Positions 9,669 through 18,267 of a stretch of DNA of 64,000 bases are shown here, piece after piece (position 1 is the stretch's first letter; each line of letters starts with the position of its first letter). Made by a program: the position numbers and the translations under genes. Source of the stretch: an uncultured archaeon. Lineage in GTDB: Archaea > Halobacteriota > Methanosarcinia > Methanosarcinales > Methanoperedenaceae. Location of the stretch: NCBI GenBank assembly GCA_902384525.1, contig CABMCA010000002.1, forward strand, positions 312 through 64,311, given 5' to 3'. Below the pieces are notes generated by a model. The model searched no databases. It was not told where the DNA came from and worked only from the letters and a program-made list of their open reading frames with translations.

Positions 9669-10514
9669 ATGAAACAATATGCAATAATTCTTTTTGTACA
9701 TAGTGATGATGAAATTTGTGCACATTATAAACATTTAAAACAAAATGGGGTTGTAGAATGGGGAGTTTATGTTCCTATAAAAGCTGATGAACTTAAAAAA
9801 CAAAAAACCTTCTATGCATATACTTATATTTCCGGAGGAAAAGGTATTAAATATAGATTTCTGGTTGATGATTTTAAAAGTAATGATGATGGTCAGAAAA
9901 CAATTCCTCCTTTTGATTTAAAAAATGTCCCAATGCACTATGAAGCAGAGTACAATAATAAAAATGTTCACAAATCTTGGTTGAAAATTAAAAAAATTGA
10001 AAAACTTAATAAAATTATATCATTAAATGATTTTAAAAATCGGAATGGTGAGTATTGTAGCGATAAACCTAGTCGGGGCGGTTATTGGTTAGTTATTGAT
10101 AATCAATTTGAAACATTAAACTACACTGAAAACGATTGCCCTATTAAAAAGTTGAATCTTCCCTTGAAAGAAAACCATACTGAAGAGGATTTAGAGGCTT
10201 TTTTATATAAAAATCCAAAAAAATTAGGTGACAATAGTCTTGAAGTTGTAGATAGACAATATAAATATATAGATTTGTTATTAAAAGAAGATAAAAACTA
10301 TATTGTTGTAGAACTTAAAAAATATGCAAAATCTGAAACCTTAGCACAAATAATAGATTATATTGATATTATCGAAGAAGAATTTTGCGAATCGACTCGC
10401 GGTTTAATTATTTGTAATGATTATGATCCGAGATTAAAAAATTCTATAGATTGGCTAAAGAAAAATCATCATGTTAATATTGAGCTTATAACTTATGGCG
10501 TGAAAAACAAATAA
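9669..10514 (+). CDS. NucS/DUF91-like PD-(D/E)xK endonuclease with unassigned N-terminal domain
   Basis: C-terminal EEDLEAFLYKNP...RQY..IDLLLKEDKNYIVVELKK...LAQIIDY; very AT-rich relative to neighbours. Confidence 0.7.
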   Translation: MKQYAIILFVHSDDEICAHYKHLKQNGVVEWGVYVPIKADELKKQKTFYAYTYISGGKGIKYRFLVDDFKSNDDGQKTIPPFDLKNVPMHYEAEYNNKNVHKSWLKIKKIEKLNKIISLNDFKNRNGEYCSDKPSRGGYWLVIDNQFETLNYTENDCPIKKLNLPLKENHTEEDLEAFLYKNPKKLGDNSLEVVDRQYKYIDLLLKEDKNYIVVELKKYAKSETLAQIIDYIDIIEEEFCESTRGLIICNDYDPRLKNSIDWLKKNHHVNIELITYGVKNK

Positions 10515-10564
10515 TTTCAATTTTTAATGGCTAATGATATTGTTTATTTTTTATTGAGAGTGAC

Positions 10565-11389
10565 TTATCTTATATCCTCCATAAACAGGTACTCCTGCGC
10601 ATATCCGCAATATTTTCCAAAATAGCTCCTGGCAAATTCAGCCATTTCATCTCTCTTTTTGCTCTTCGGACCTTTAAAACTGGACCCATAATACCTTTCC
10701 ATTATCTGTTCGATATGCGTATCCACCGGGAAAGATTCAAGCTTCCCGAATGCAAAAAGCAGCACGCAATCCGCGATCTTATTTCCAACGCCTTCTATTT
10801 TCACAAGTTCTTCCCGCCCTTTCCTGTAGGATAAGTCCTTGATCCTGTACAGGTCAAATTCGCGATTTGCCACAATATTTGCTAATTTTAATATCCTGGG
10901 GGCACGAAAACCAAGCCTGCACTGCGACATATCGCAAAGCCTGGCATCTGAAAGTGCATCTGGTGTGGGGAAGGAATAATAGCCTTTTTCGATCTCATTC
11001 CCGAAACATTCACACATGCGCCTGATGGAATTAGTGATGTTCCTGATAGTGTTGTTGCTTGAGCACATATATGATACAAGGCATTCCCACGGGTCCTGCC
11101 GGATAAGGCGCAGACCTCTGTATTTGTTGATCAATGATGTAATTTTTTCATCCCGGCTAATGAAAACGTAAATTTGTTCGAGATCATCGTCAAGCCTGAA
11201 ATAATCGATAATTAATTCCTTATCAAGAGATGATTCGACTATCAGTTCCTGATTTTCCTGTTTAGCCCTGATGATAGCTCCCTTGACTATCCCAATCCAC
11301 CAATCCTTTTTTTCCCACCTGAATACCTGGCCGCATGAAAGGGAATGATCGAGGTTAAAATCATTTATTTTAATTTTAATCCGGTTCAC
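10565..11389 (-). CDS. 8-oxoguanine DNA glycosylase (Ogg1-like, HhH-GPD superfamily)
   Basis: SLSCGQVFRW, LRLIRQDPWECL, HhH LVKIEGVGNKIADC, FPVDTH. Confidence 0.9.
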   Translation of the reverse strand: MNRIKIKINDFNLDHSLSCGQVFRWEKKDWWIGIVKGAIIRAKQENQELIVESSLDKELIIDYFRLDDDLEQIYVFISRDEKITSLINKYRGLRLIRQDPWECLVSYMCSSNNTIRNITNSIRRMCECFGNEIEKGYYSFPTPDALSDARLCDMSQCRLGFRAPRILKLANIVANREFDLYRIKDLSYRKGREELVKIEGVGNKIADCVLLFAFGKLESFPVDTHIEQIMERYYGSSFKGPKSKKRDEMAEFARSYFGKYCGYAQEYLFMEDIR

Positions 11390-11458
11390 ACTCAGGGATA
11401 TATCACAGGGATGAAATACATTACGGTTCAGATATTTATTTTATTTTAATTCTATTAA

Positions 11459-11626
11459 CTACGGCGCCCTTGCCTTGATATTCTTTGATCCGCAGCTCAG
11501 GCATTCTGTTGCCCCTTTCTTCATGAAAGTCTTCTTGCATGAAATGCACCAGAACATGGAGCTTCCTTTCTTCATCTCTTCAAGATCATCAGGCATCATG
11601 GAGAATCCGGTATATGTACTGCACAT
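11459..11626 (-). CDS. 55-aa zinc-ribbon protein
   Basis: Below the ORF-track cutoff: MCSTYTGFSMMPDDLEEMKKGSSMFWCISCKKTFMKKGATECLSCGSKNIKARAP; GGAGG RBS; two CxxC pairs. Confidence 0.7.
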   Translation of the reverse strand: MCSTYTGFSMMPDDLEEMKKGSSMFWCISCKKTFMKKGATECLSCGSKNIKARAP

Positions 11627-11760
11627 AATTTAACCTCCGTTAACCAATTGCATTATGATTATATGTTTTGTTGCTCTCGATATTAAAAGGTTTGGTTGAC
11701 ATTTTATCTGTTTTTTCTGGATATCCCTTTATACTTTCACCTCAATTAAGTAAGAAATAG

Positions 11761-12720
11761 ATGCCAGATAAAAACAACAAATATTTTGCAGCCCATAAAG
11801 AAATAACATCCGTAGCAAGACTTTCGATTTATTCCAATTCCCTGTTACTTATAATAAAGCTTGCAGTGGGCTTTTTCATGGGTTCGATAAGCGTAATGTC
11901 AGAAGCCCTTCATTCGGGCATCGATCTTCTGGCTGCTGTCATAGCAAATTATTCTGTCAAAAAAGCAGGACAGCCGGCTGATGACGAACACAAGTTCGGG
12001 CATGGCAAATTCGAAAATGTTTCCGGAACAGTAGAAGCAATTCTCATTTTCGTTGTAGCAATAATAATACTGTATAAATCAAGCGTAAAGATCCTGGGTA
12101 ATGAAACAATTGAAATCGATTCGAGCTTAATTGGAATTGGTATCGTTATCATGGGTATCTCGACAATTATAAATTTTTATGTATCAACAAGGATAATGAA
12201 AGTTGCAAAGAAAGCCGAATCAATTGCTCTTGAAGCAGACGCATATCATCTTACTACAGATGTTTATACATCGATTGGTGTTTTAATTGGCCTTATATTA
12301 ATTAAGATCACAGGTAATCCTGTATTTGACCCGTTAATGGCTATAATCGTGGCTCTCATTATTCTCAAAGCATCGTATGACCTGACAAAACGCTCAGTAT
12401 CAGGGATCATGGACGTGAAACTTTCAGATAAAGAAGAGGATACTATTAAATCAATAATCCATGAGCATTATTCCCAGTATGCGGAATATCATAACCTGCG
12501 CTCACGAATGTCCGGAGCTGAAAGATTCGTGGATCTGCATCTTGTCGTACCCAAAAACCAGAATGTTGTAGATGCACATGATTTCTGCGATCATCTTGAG
12601 AAGGAAATTAAGGAGAAAATCCCAAATCTTTCGATATTGATCCATATCGAACCATGCCAGACAGATTGCGAAATATGTCAAAAACTGGATGTCTGTACGA
12701 AGCCGGATATTGTGCGATAA
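11761..12720 (+). CDS. Cation diffusion facilitator (FieF-like) transporter
   Basis: SEALHSGID, HKFGHGKFE, ADAYHLTTD, IHIEP; Cys-rich tail CQTDCEIC. Confidence 0.92.
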   Translation: MPDKNNKYFAAHKEITSVARLSIYSNSLLLIIKLAVGFFMGSISVMSEALHSGIDLLAAVIANYSVKKAGQPADDEHKFGHGKFENVSGTVEAILIFVVAIIILYKSSVKILGNETIEIDSSLIGIGIVIMGISTIINFYVSTRIMKVAKKAESIALEADAYHLTTDVYTSIGVLIGLILIKITGNPVFDPLMAIIVALIILKASYDLTKRSVSGIMDVKLSDKEEDTIKSIIHEHYSQYAEYHNLRSRMSGAERFVDLHLVVPKNQNVVDAHDFCDHLEKEIKEKIPNLSILIHIEPCQTDCEICQKLDVCTKPDIVR

Positions 12721-12738
12721 TTTCACTTTTTCTCATGG

Positions 12739-13035
12739 CTAACCCCAGATGGGGAATATCGGAATGACAATTCCGAGTCCGATACGCCTGTTAAAGTGAA
12801 TTCCTACGGAGAATACGATAAAACCCATTCTACCAATTGCGATACCAGGAGTAAAAGTAAATCCGAAAGTCTTAAAGATGCCAAAAGTCCAACCAAGCAT
12901 TAATGCCAGGTCGATACCAAATGGCGCAATAAGTCCACTACCGCCCTTTTCTTTATCTTTTCCGCCTCCAAGATTGCCTACGATCAAACCGATAGCTGGA
13001 GCAGAAAAGAAATTTGAGCTACTTTGATCATTCAT
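12739..13035 (-). CDS. Gly/Phe/Ile-rich hypothetical protein
   Basis: 98-aa ORF with AAGGA RBS-like and upstream TATA-like sequence; no family recognised. Confidence 0.4.
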   Translation of the reverse strand: MNDQSSSNFFSAPAIGLIVGNLGGGKDKEKGGSGLIAPFGIDLALMLGWTFGIFKTFGFTFTPGIAIGRMGFIVFSVGIHFNRRIGLGIVIPIFPIWG

Positions 13036-13166
13036 GATAGTCCTTATACTTCTTTTATCATAATAAATATGCGCAATAAAATTATTCTGACTCTTTTTAT
13101 CTCAGATTAGCAGATGAAACGTTTTTATGAACAGACTTTAATATGAATATGAAGTGTGGCAATAAT

Positions 13167-13412
13167 ATGGCATCAGAAAAATTGAGCTTTGAAGATATGA
13201 AGAAAAGGATCAGGGAACACTTAAAAATGACGCTAAATATTGAAGAGTTTTCAATTAACTCCGCAAAACAAGATAGTGATGTCTGGAAGGTTAGTATAGA
13301 GTTCAAAGAGAAGACTGGCGCTATAGAATTGCCTACTACAGCGTTATTTATTATAGATTCAATGACTGGAGAAGTGAAAGAATTCAAGAAGGGTTATGCA
13401 TGGACATTTTGA
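13167..13412 (+). CDS. Small hypothetical protein (PepSY-like pattern)
   Basis: MASEKLSF...WKVSIEF...FIIDSMTGEVKEF. Confidence 0.55.
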   Translation: MASEKLSFEDMKKRIREHLKMTLNIEEFSINSAKQDSDVWKVSIEFKEKTGAIELPTTALFIIDSMTGEVKEFKKGYAWTF

Positions 13413-13753
13413 ACGAATTTCTTAGAGCAGATAAAGAAAAAGCCATAGTAGCTGGCGCTATTCTTATAATATCAATAGTTTGCATAATTATAGGTCTTTA
13501 TGGAGGGGATAATTATCCAATTTTACGCATATTTTTTATTTCTGTATATTCTTTTTATCTTCCGGTTTTCTTTGTTCTGGAGATAATGTATTCCATCTTT
13601 TCTTCGATGCGCCCGGATATGGATACAATGACAACTTTACAATTTTATTTACATTTTGGTTTAATGTTTGTTCTTGGTTGTGTTTATGTATATCTTGTGT
13701 CGTCTATTATCGTTTTTGTTCATAGAAGAAAAAATTCCAGGCTTCATGCTTAA
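13400..13753 (+). CDS. Small membrane protein
   Basis: Three hydrophobic segments; overlaps the end of the previous ORF. Confidence 0.55.
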   Translation: MDILNEFLRADKEKAIVAGAILIISIVCIIIGLYGGDNYPILRIFFISVYSFYLPVFFVLEIMYSIFSSMRPDMDTMTTLQFYLHFGLMFVLGCVYVYLVSSIIVFVHRRKNSRLHA

Positions 13754-13876
13754 AAGTGGTGGAAAATCGCTATAATCTTTCAGGGAGGGGCTTTCTATGA
13801 TATGTAATCCATAAATTGTGTCTATTATAATTGCATGACCGTTACTTTTACCTATTCCATCTTTCATACTATATCC

Positions 13877-13925
13877 TGCAGGGACTGATAAAATGCCTTT
13901 CATCAACTTTTTTTCAGTCCCTGCA
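13877..13925. repeat. Inverted repeat (12-bp perfect arms) downstream of the Fic gene
   Basis: TGCAGGGACTGA (13877-13888) and TCAGTCCCTGCA (13914-13925). Confidence 0.7.
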
Positions 13926-13936
13926 ACCTCTATGAA

Positions 13937-15040
13937 TCAAGGTCTATAGAACCTTGCGTTAACCTTTGCGTTAACCTTTGCGTTAACATATTTGATAACA
14001 TAATATATAGCTCTACCAGTGCCTTTTGGTTCGATCAAGTTTTGTTCAATTAGCTTTTTAATTTCCTTGTATGCTGCAGGACGTGATATTTTAAACATCT
14101 TTTGGATTTCACCACTTGTTATTCGTCCATTTGAAATCATATGCTCAATAACCTTAGTCTGTTTTTCTGTAAGAGCCAACTGTCCTTTTGCATCTTTTTT
14201 ATGTTTTTCCAGAGAAAGCTGCAATACCTTCTCCTTTACTTTTGTGAGGGAGAGAAGAACGCCATCTGTAAAGTATTCAATCCATTCTGTGAGATCAAGG
14301 GTTTTCTGATCAATGGAATTTAAAACGCGGTAATATGCCAGTCTGTCGCTGTCGTAATAATCATCTAATGCAAAGAATTTCTTAATGTCAAATTCCTTGA
14401 GATAAAGGATCAGGGTCGCTAACGCCCTCGCAGTCCTGCCATTACCATCTACAAAAGGATGAATCCTTACAAATTCGTAATGTGATATTCCAGCAATAAG
14501 GACAGGATTAAGTTGAGATGAGTCGTTTGAATTGAGCCATGCTACGAACTCGCCCATCATTGTTGGCACTTTTTCGGGAGAAGGGGGCATAAAAATAATT
14601 TCGCCTGTTATCCTGTTGCCAACATATACCTGAAGTTCTCTGTATCTGCCTTCATGCTCAGGATTTTCTAAAATGTCTTTTGTTATATCTTTATGTAAAC
14701 TTAAGATAATTTTTTCAGTTATTTTATCCTGTTCCTGATAATTTTCTATATCCTCTAAAACCCTGAGATAATTGAGCACTTCCTACTGTGCTTTTCTTGT
14801 AGCCGTTATTTTTCTACCCTGTGCAAGCTGGCTAACCTCTTCTAATGTGAGTGGATTTCCTTCAATTGCAGTGGATGCATGCGCTGCCTTTATAAGTGCA
14901 TCTCTCCTGAGTGTTATTTCCCATTTTGGCACAAGATAAGCATTGAGAATGATTTCTCTTGCCGAAGCTATATCCACGAGATTTTTTACTATTTTGTGAG
15001 TGTATTTAAAGTTAGGGTTGAACATTATTTTGTCATCCAT
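13937..15040 (-). pseudogene. Fic-family protein with C-terminal wHTH, interrupted by one in-frame TAG
   Basis: The two track ORFs are in the same frame (KAQ-TAG-EVLNY, stop at 14783-14785). The N part has the STAIEGN inhibitory motif; the C part has HPFVDGNGRTAR; 12-bp tandem repeat (VNAK) at the 3' end. Confidence 0.85.
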
Positions 15041-15061
15041 CTATTAATTCTCGTATGAATA

Positions 15062-15463
15062 TCAGACATGATAGCCTACTTTATTGCCTTCTGCAATGAT
15101 AGGTCTTATATTCTCTACAATATTTTTGCACCTGATCAGTATATCTGTGCCATAAAGAAGCCTGCTTCCATGGTATATTTCATAAAGGAAGGGAGACGAA
15201 TATTCAAGGTCATCCATGTCAATGAGCAATATCTCAATAGGTCTTTTTATTTTTCCAAGAAGGGAATATCTTATTCCGGCTATTTTATCTAAATCATTTT
15301 CGGGATATTCTCTTACTATTACAGCAATATCATAATCGCTTTTTTCGTTCTCATTTCCTTTTGCGATGCTGCCAAATAGATATATAGCTTCGATGGTGCT
15401 TATTTCATTTAATGTTGCGTTGACTATTTTTTCAAGGTCTGTTTTTTCATCAGCGTCTACCAT
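15062..15463 (-). CDS. Minimal nucleotidyltransferase (MNT) domain protein
   Basis: IYLFGSIAKG...SDYDIAVI; no HEPN partner adjacent. Confidence 0.85.
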   Translation of the reverse strand: MVDADEKTDLEKIVNATLNEISTIEAIYLFGSIAKGNENEKSDYDIAVIVREYPENDLDKIAGIRYSLLGKIKRPIEILLIDMDDLEYSSPFLYEIYHGSRLLYGTDILIRCKNIVENIRPIIAEGNKVGYHV

Positions 15464-15519
15464 TTTATCTCTTATTGTATAAATAAAATTTCAATTGTCT
15501 TATAAAGGCGTTTGGTGTT

Positions 15520-16533
15520 TCATGTGTAGTCGAACAATGTAGTGTTAGAGTCCTTCTTTTTGATTTTTAATTTAGTTTCAATATTTAGAATATTTTTTTC
15601 TGATTGTGACCTTTTTACATCCTCAACCCATTTATCCGATTCAACTTTATTATAGCCCAGAAAGGCAGCATCTTTATCGTGATGCATATATCGATCATCT
15701 GCAACTTTTTTATTGATATTTGCATAACAATATATGCATCCATGAGGGCATGTATCATAAGTGCCAATATCAGCGCTATCGGTGCACCCACAGTCTTTTC
15801 TGGTAGGTTTTTCGCCGAATTTAAATCCATTCTTATAGTATAACTCTTCGATTATTTTTCCATCAACACAATGCGCTTTTCTAATTTTTTGACTTAGGAG
15901 AAAATCGTCACAACATGTAAGCATTTTAATACCATGCTTTGATGCGATATCTGCTAAATTATTTGCGAGCTTAATTCTCAAATTTTTATCTGGATCGATA
16001 ATTTTTAAACAATTTTCATTCTCAAATTTTTCAAAAATTCTCTTTACTTTACCATACTGAATGGCATAACTAAAATAACAACGTTCAACATATCCTTCTA
16101 GTTCTTTAGCTATATTTTCAAAATTTTTAATATGAAAATCGTAATCCGTAATATCTGATATTATGATAGGATCATATCTCCAATTAATATGCTTTGGTGT
16201 GTATAAACTGCTCAACTTTTTTAAGGAATCTATAGATATTTCCTTTTTTACTAAATTGCATTCAAAAAGATTTGGTAGACCCGTAATCGTGTAATTGAAA
16301 TAGAATTTATGACCCATGTTCTCAATGCTCTTCAAATTGTCGAGGAATGGCGTATAATTCTTTGACCAAAAGACGAAGCATATAACATCCTCTGGTTTAA
16401 GAGAGAGGATATATTTTTGTCCACCGAATGGATTGACATAACCTGCAAACCCTTCTTTTAATCGGTTCATGAACCAACCTCCATAGAATGCTGGAATATC
16501 GGTTCGACGAGAAACTGATATGATTTTCATCAT
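15520..16533 (-). CDS. DUF1848-family protein (radical-SAM-like Cys cluster at the C-terminus)
   Basis: IISVSRRTDIPAFY, VFWSKN, WRYDPII, CGCTDSADIGTYDTCPHGCIYCYAN. Confidence 0.85.
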   Translation of the reverse strand: MMKIISVSRRTDIPAFYGGWFMNRLKEGFAGYVNPFGGQKYILSLKPEDVICFVFWSKNYTPFLDNLKSIENMGHKFYFNYTITGLPNLFECNLVKKEISIDSLKKLSSLYTPKHINWRYDPIIISDITDYDFHIKNFENIAKELEGYVERCYFSYAIQYGKVKRIFEKFENENCLKIIDPDKNLRIKLANNLADIASKHGIKMLTCCDDFLLSQKIRKAHCVDGKIIEELYYKNGFKFGEKPTRKDCGCTDSADIGTYDTCPHGCIYCYANINKKVADDRYMHHDKDAAFLGYNKVESDKWVEDVKRSQSEKNILNIETKLKIKKKDSNTTLFDYT

Positions 16534-17639
16534 TTTTTCAACTCCAATAGCAAGGACTTTGAATTTACATAGGGTCTACAAATGTTTTTTTTTGTTTTAT
16601 AAAATTTACAACGAAGTATTTTATCTTCATTCATTTGCGTGTTTTTTGACATTTCAGGCGACTCGATAATTTTTAAATCAGGAAAACCAATTTTTTCTAT
16701 TTGTTTCAAGTATTTTGTAGATTTAAAAAAAGTTTCTTTATTTCCTTCAATAATTGTCAACAAAATCTTAGAATCGTTATTTCCATTAAGTAACCTCTCG
16801 GAAACAAATTTGTTAATAATCATATTGACATCTTTATATGATTTTCCGCACCCAATTGAAGATATAGTATTTGCAATTATTATCCAATCAATTTTAAAAT
16901 TTTTGTCAATTTTTAATCTATCATCTGGAAAATTATATTTCAAATTATCGACAATTTCAATACCTTCGGTTTTTAATTCTTTAAAACTAGAAATCATTTT
17001 ATCAAATTGATCATGAGGTTCAATTGTAATAATTTTTTTATCTCTTTTATCATTTTGTCTCAGCAAAGCAAGTGATACTGTTGCTGGTCCACTACCAATA
17101 TCTAATATATTAATTGTAGATTTATCAAAAAAAATATCGCTTTGTAAAATGCTTTTCAAAACATGCTCAATCTGTGGTAGATGAAATGGTGTATATTGAT
17201 GTAGATATTCAATGCAATCATATTTATCAAAAACAGGGTATTTTTTTTGATATAAACCTATATTCTGATTAACAGTATATTGCCAAATAAATGCATCAAA
17301 ATTTTCTTCCAAACTTTTATTTAGTTGTATTACTCCATTATTTTTTCGACTAAGAGTCAGAATATTTTCATAATGAGTAATCTTAATACATTCATTTCCA
17401 ATTTTTCTTACTTTTGCTTGAGATACCCATTTAATGCTAAATTCTTCTATTAAATAATTTTTGAGACTTTTAACATGTTCCTGATTTTCTGGAATTTCAT
17501 TCCAGTTACACACAAACTTTAGATCAAAAAGCCCACTTTTATATAAATAAGCTTCATTTGCGCCCATTCTCACCATTGCATGATGTACATTTTTGTTGCA
17601 AAAGCCATCAGTGATATTTTCACATACTACATCATTCAT
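16530..17639 (-). CDS. Class I SAM-dependent methyltransferase-like protein with an inserted N-terminal module
   Basis: ILDIGSGPATVSLAL motif I, DWIIIANTIS; stop overlaps the DUF1848 start (ATGA). Confidence 0.65.
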   Translation of the reverse strand: MNDVVCENITDGFCNKNVHHAMVRMGANEAYLYKSGLFDLKFVCNWNEIPENQEHVKSLKNYLIEEFSIKWVSQAKVRKIGNECIKITHYENILTLSRKNNGVIQLNKSLEENFDAFIWQYTVNQNIGLYQKKYPVFDKYDCIEYLHQYTPFHLPQIEHVLKSILQSDIFFDKSTINILDIGSGPATVSLALLRQNDKRDKKIITIEPHDQFDKMISSFKELKTEGIEIVDNLKYNFPDDRLKIDKNFKIDWIIIANTISSIGCGKSYKDVNMIINKFVSERLLNGNNDSKILLTIIEGNKETFFKSTKYLKQIEKIGFPDLKIIESPEMSKNTQMNEDKILRCKFYKTKKNICRPYVNSKSLLLELKK

Positions 17640-17690
17640 TTTATTCGAACCACCATGTGAATAAATTTAATAAAAAGGTAGGATTTTCTC

Positions 17691-18266
17691 CTACCGTGCC
17701 CTCATCGACCCCAGCGCCATTGCCACCATCGCCTTGTACTGCTCCACATTCGTAGAATAATGTTCCCTTGCCTTCACTGCATCAGGCTCATTACCCTGCA
17801 ATTTTACAAGCCTCTTTGTGGTCAGGTCTGCGGTCTCAACCACCCATCTGTCCCTTGTTGCGCCATCCACCACATGCATGGACTCAGCCCTGATAGATAC
17901 AAGGACATTTCCTTCTTTGGTTGTAAAGGTCGTGGGTTTCCCTATAACAGCTATGAATTCCGGGGGTGCGGACTTTGCAAGCACCTGCGCGGCTTCGGGC
18001 TGGTACTGCCCTGCTGATACGAAGAATGCGCCAGTGGGGTCAACGATGCGCCCGCGCCAGAATTCGGAATCTGTTCCGATGTCTTCTTTTTCCGTGAGCG
18101 TGCCAACGATGAAGACGCGATTTGCTTTTGCGCCAGTCGGGGTAATAAGATATTGCGGTGAATACTGGTCTTGCCCTTCCTTTGCCTGGAGGTTTGATTC
18201 TTTTAGCTCTGCTGCGAATACGCGGTGCGCTATTTCACGTACGAATCCTGATCCGTTTTCAGCCAT
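17691..18266 (-). CDS. RPA-associated OB-fold protein (RPA2/RPAP-like)
   Basis: REIAHRVFAAE, TPTGAKANRVFIVGTL, RGRIVDPTG; directly downstream of rpa. Confidence 0.85.
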   Translation of the reverse strand: MAENGSGFVREIAHRVFAAELKESNLQAKEGQDQYSPQYLITPTGAKANRVFIVGTLTEKEDIGTDSEFWRGRIVDPTGAFFVSAGQYQPEAAQVLAKSAPPEFIAVIGKPTTFTTKEGNVLVSIRAESMHVVDGATRDRWVVETADLTTKRLVKLQGNEPDAVKAREHYSTNVEQYKAMVAMALGSMRAR

Positions 18267-18267
18267 G

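Noticed and set aside
13661-13906. 81-aa minus-strand ORF containing GHAIII
   Set aside because: It overlaps a convergent gene and the hairpin; the resemblance to a protease motif is too weak.
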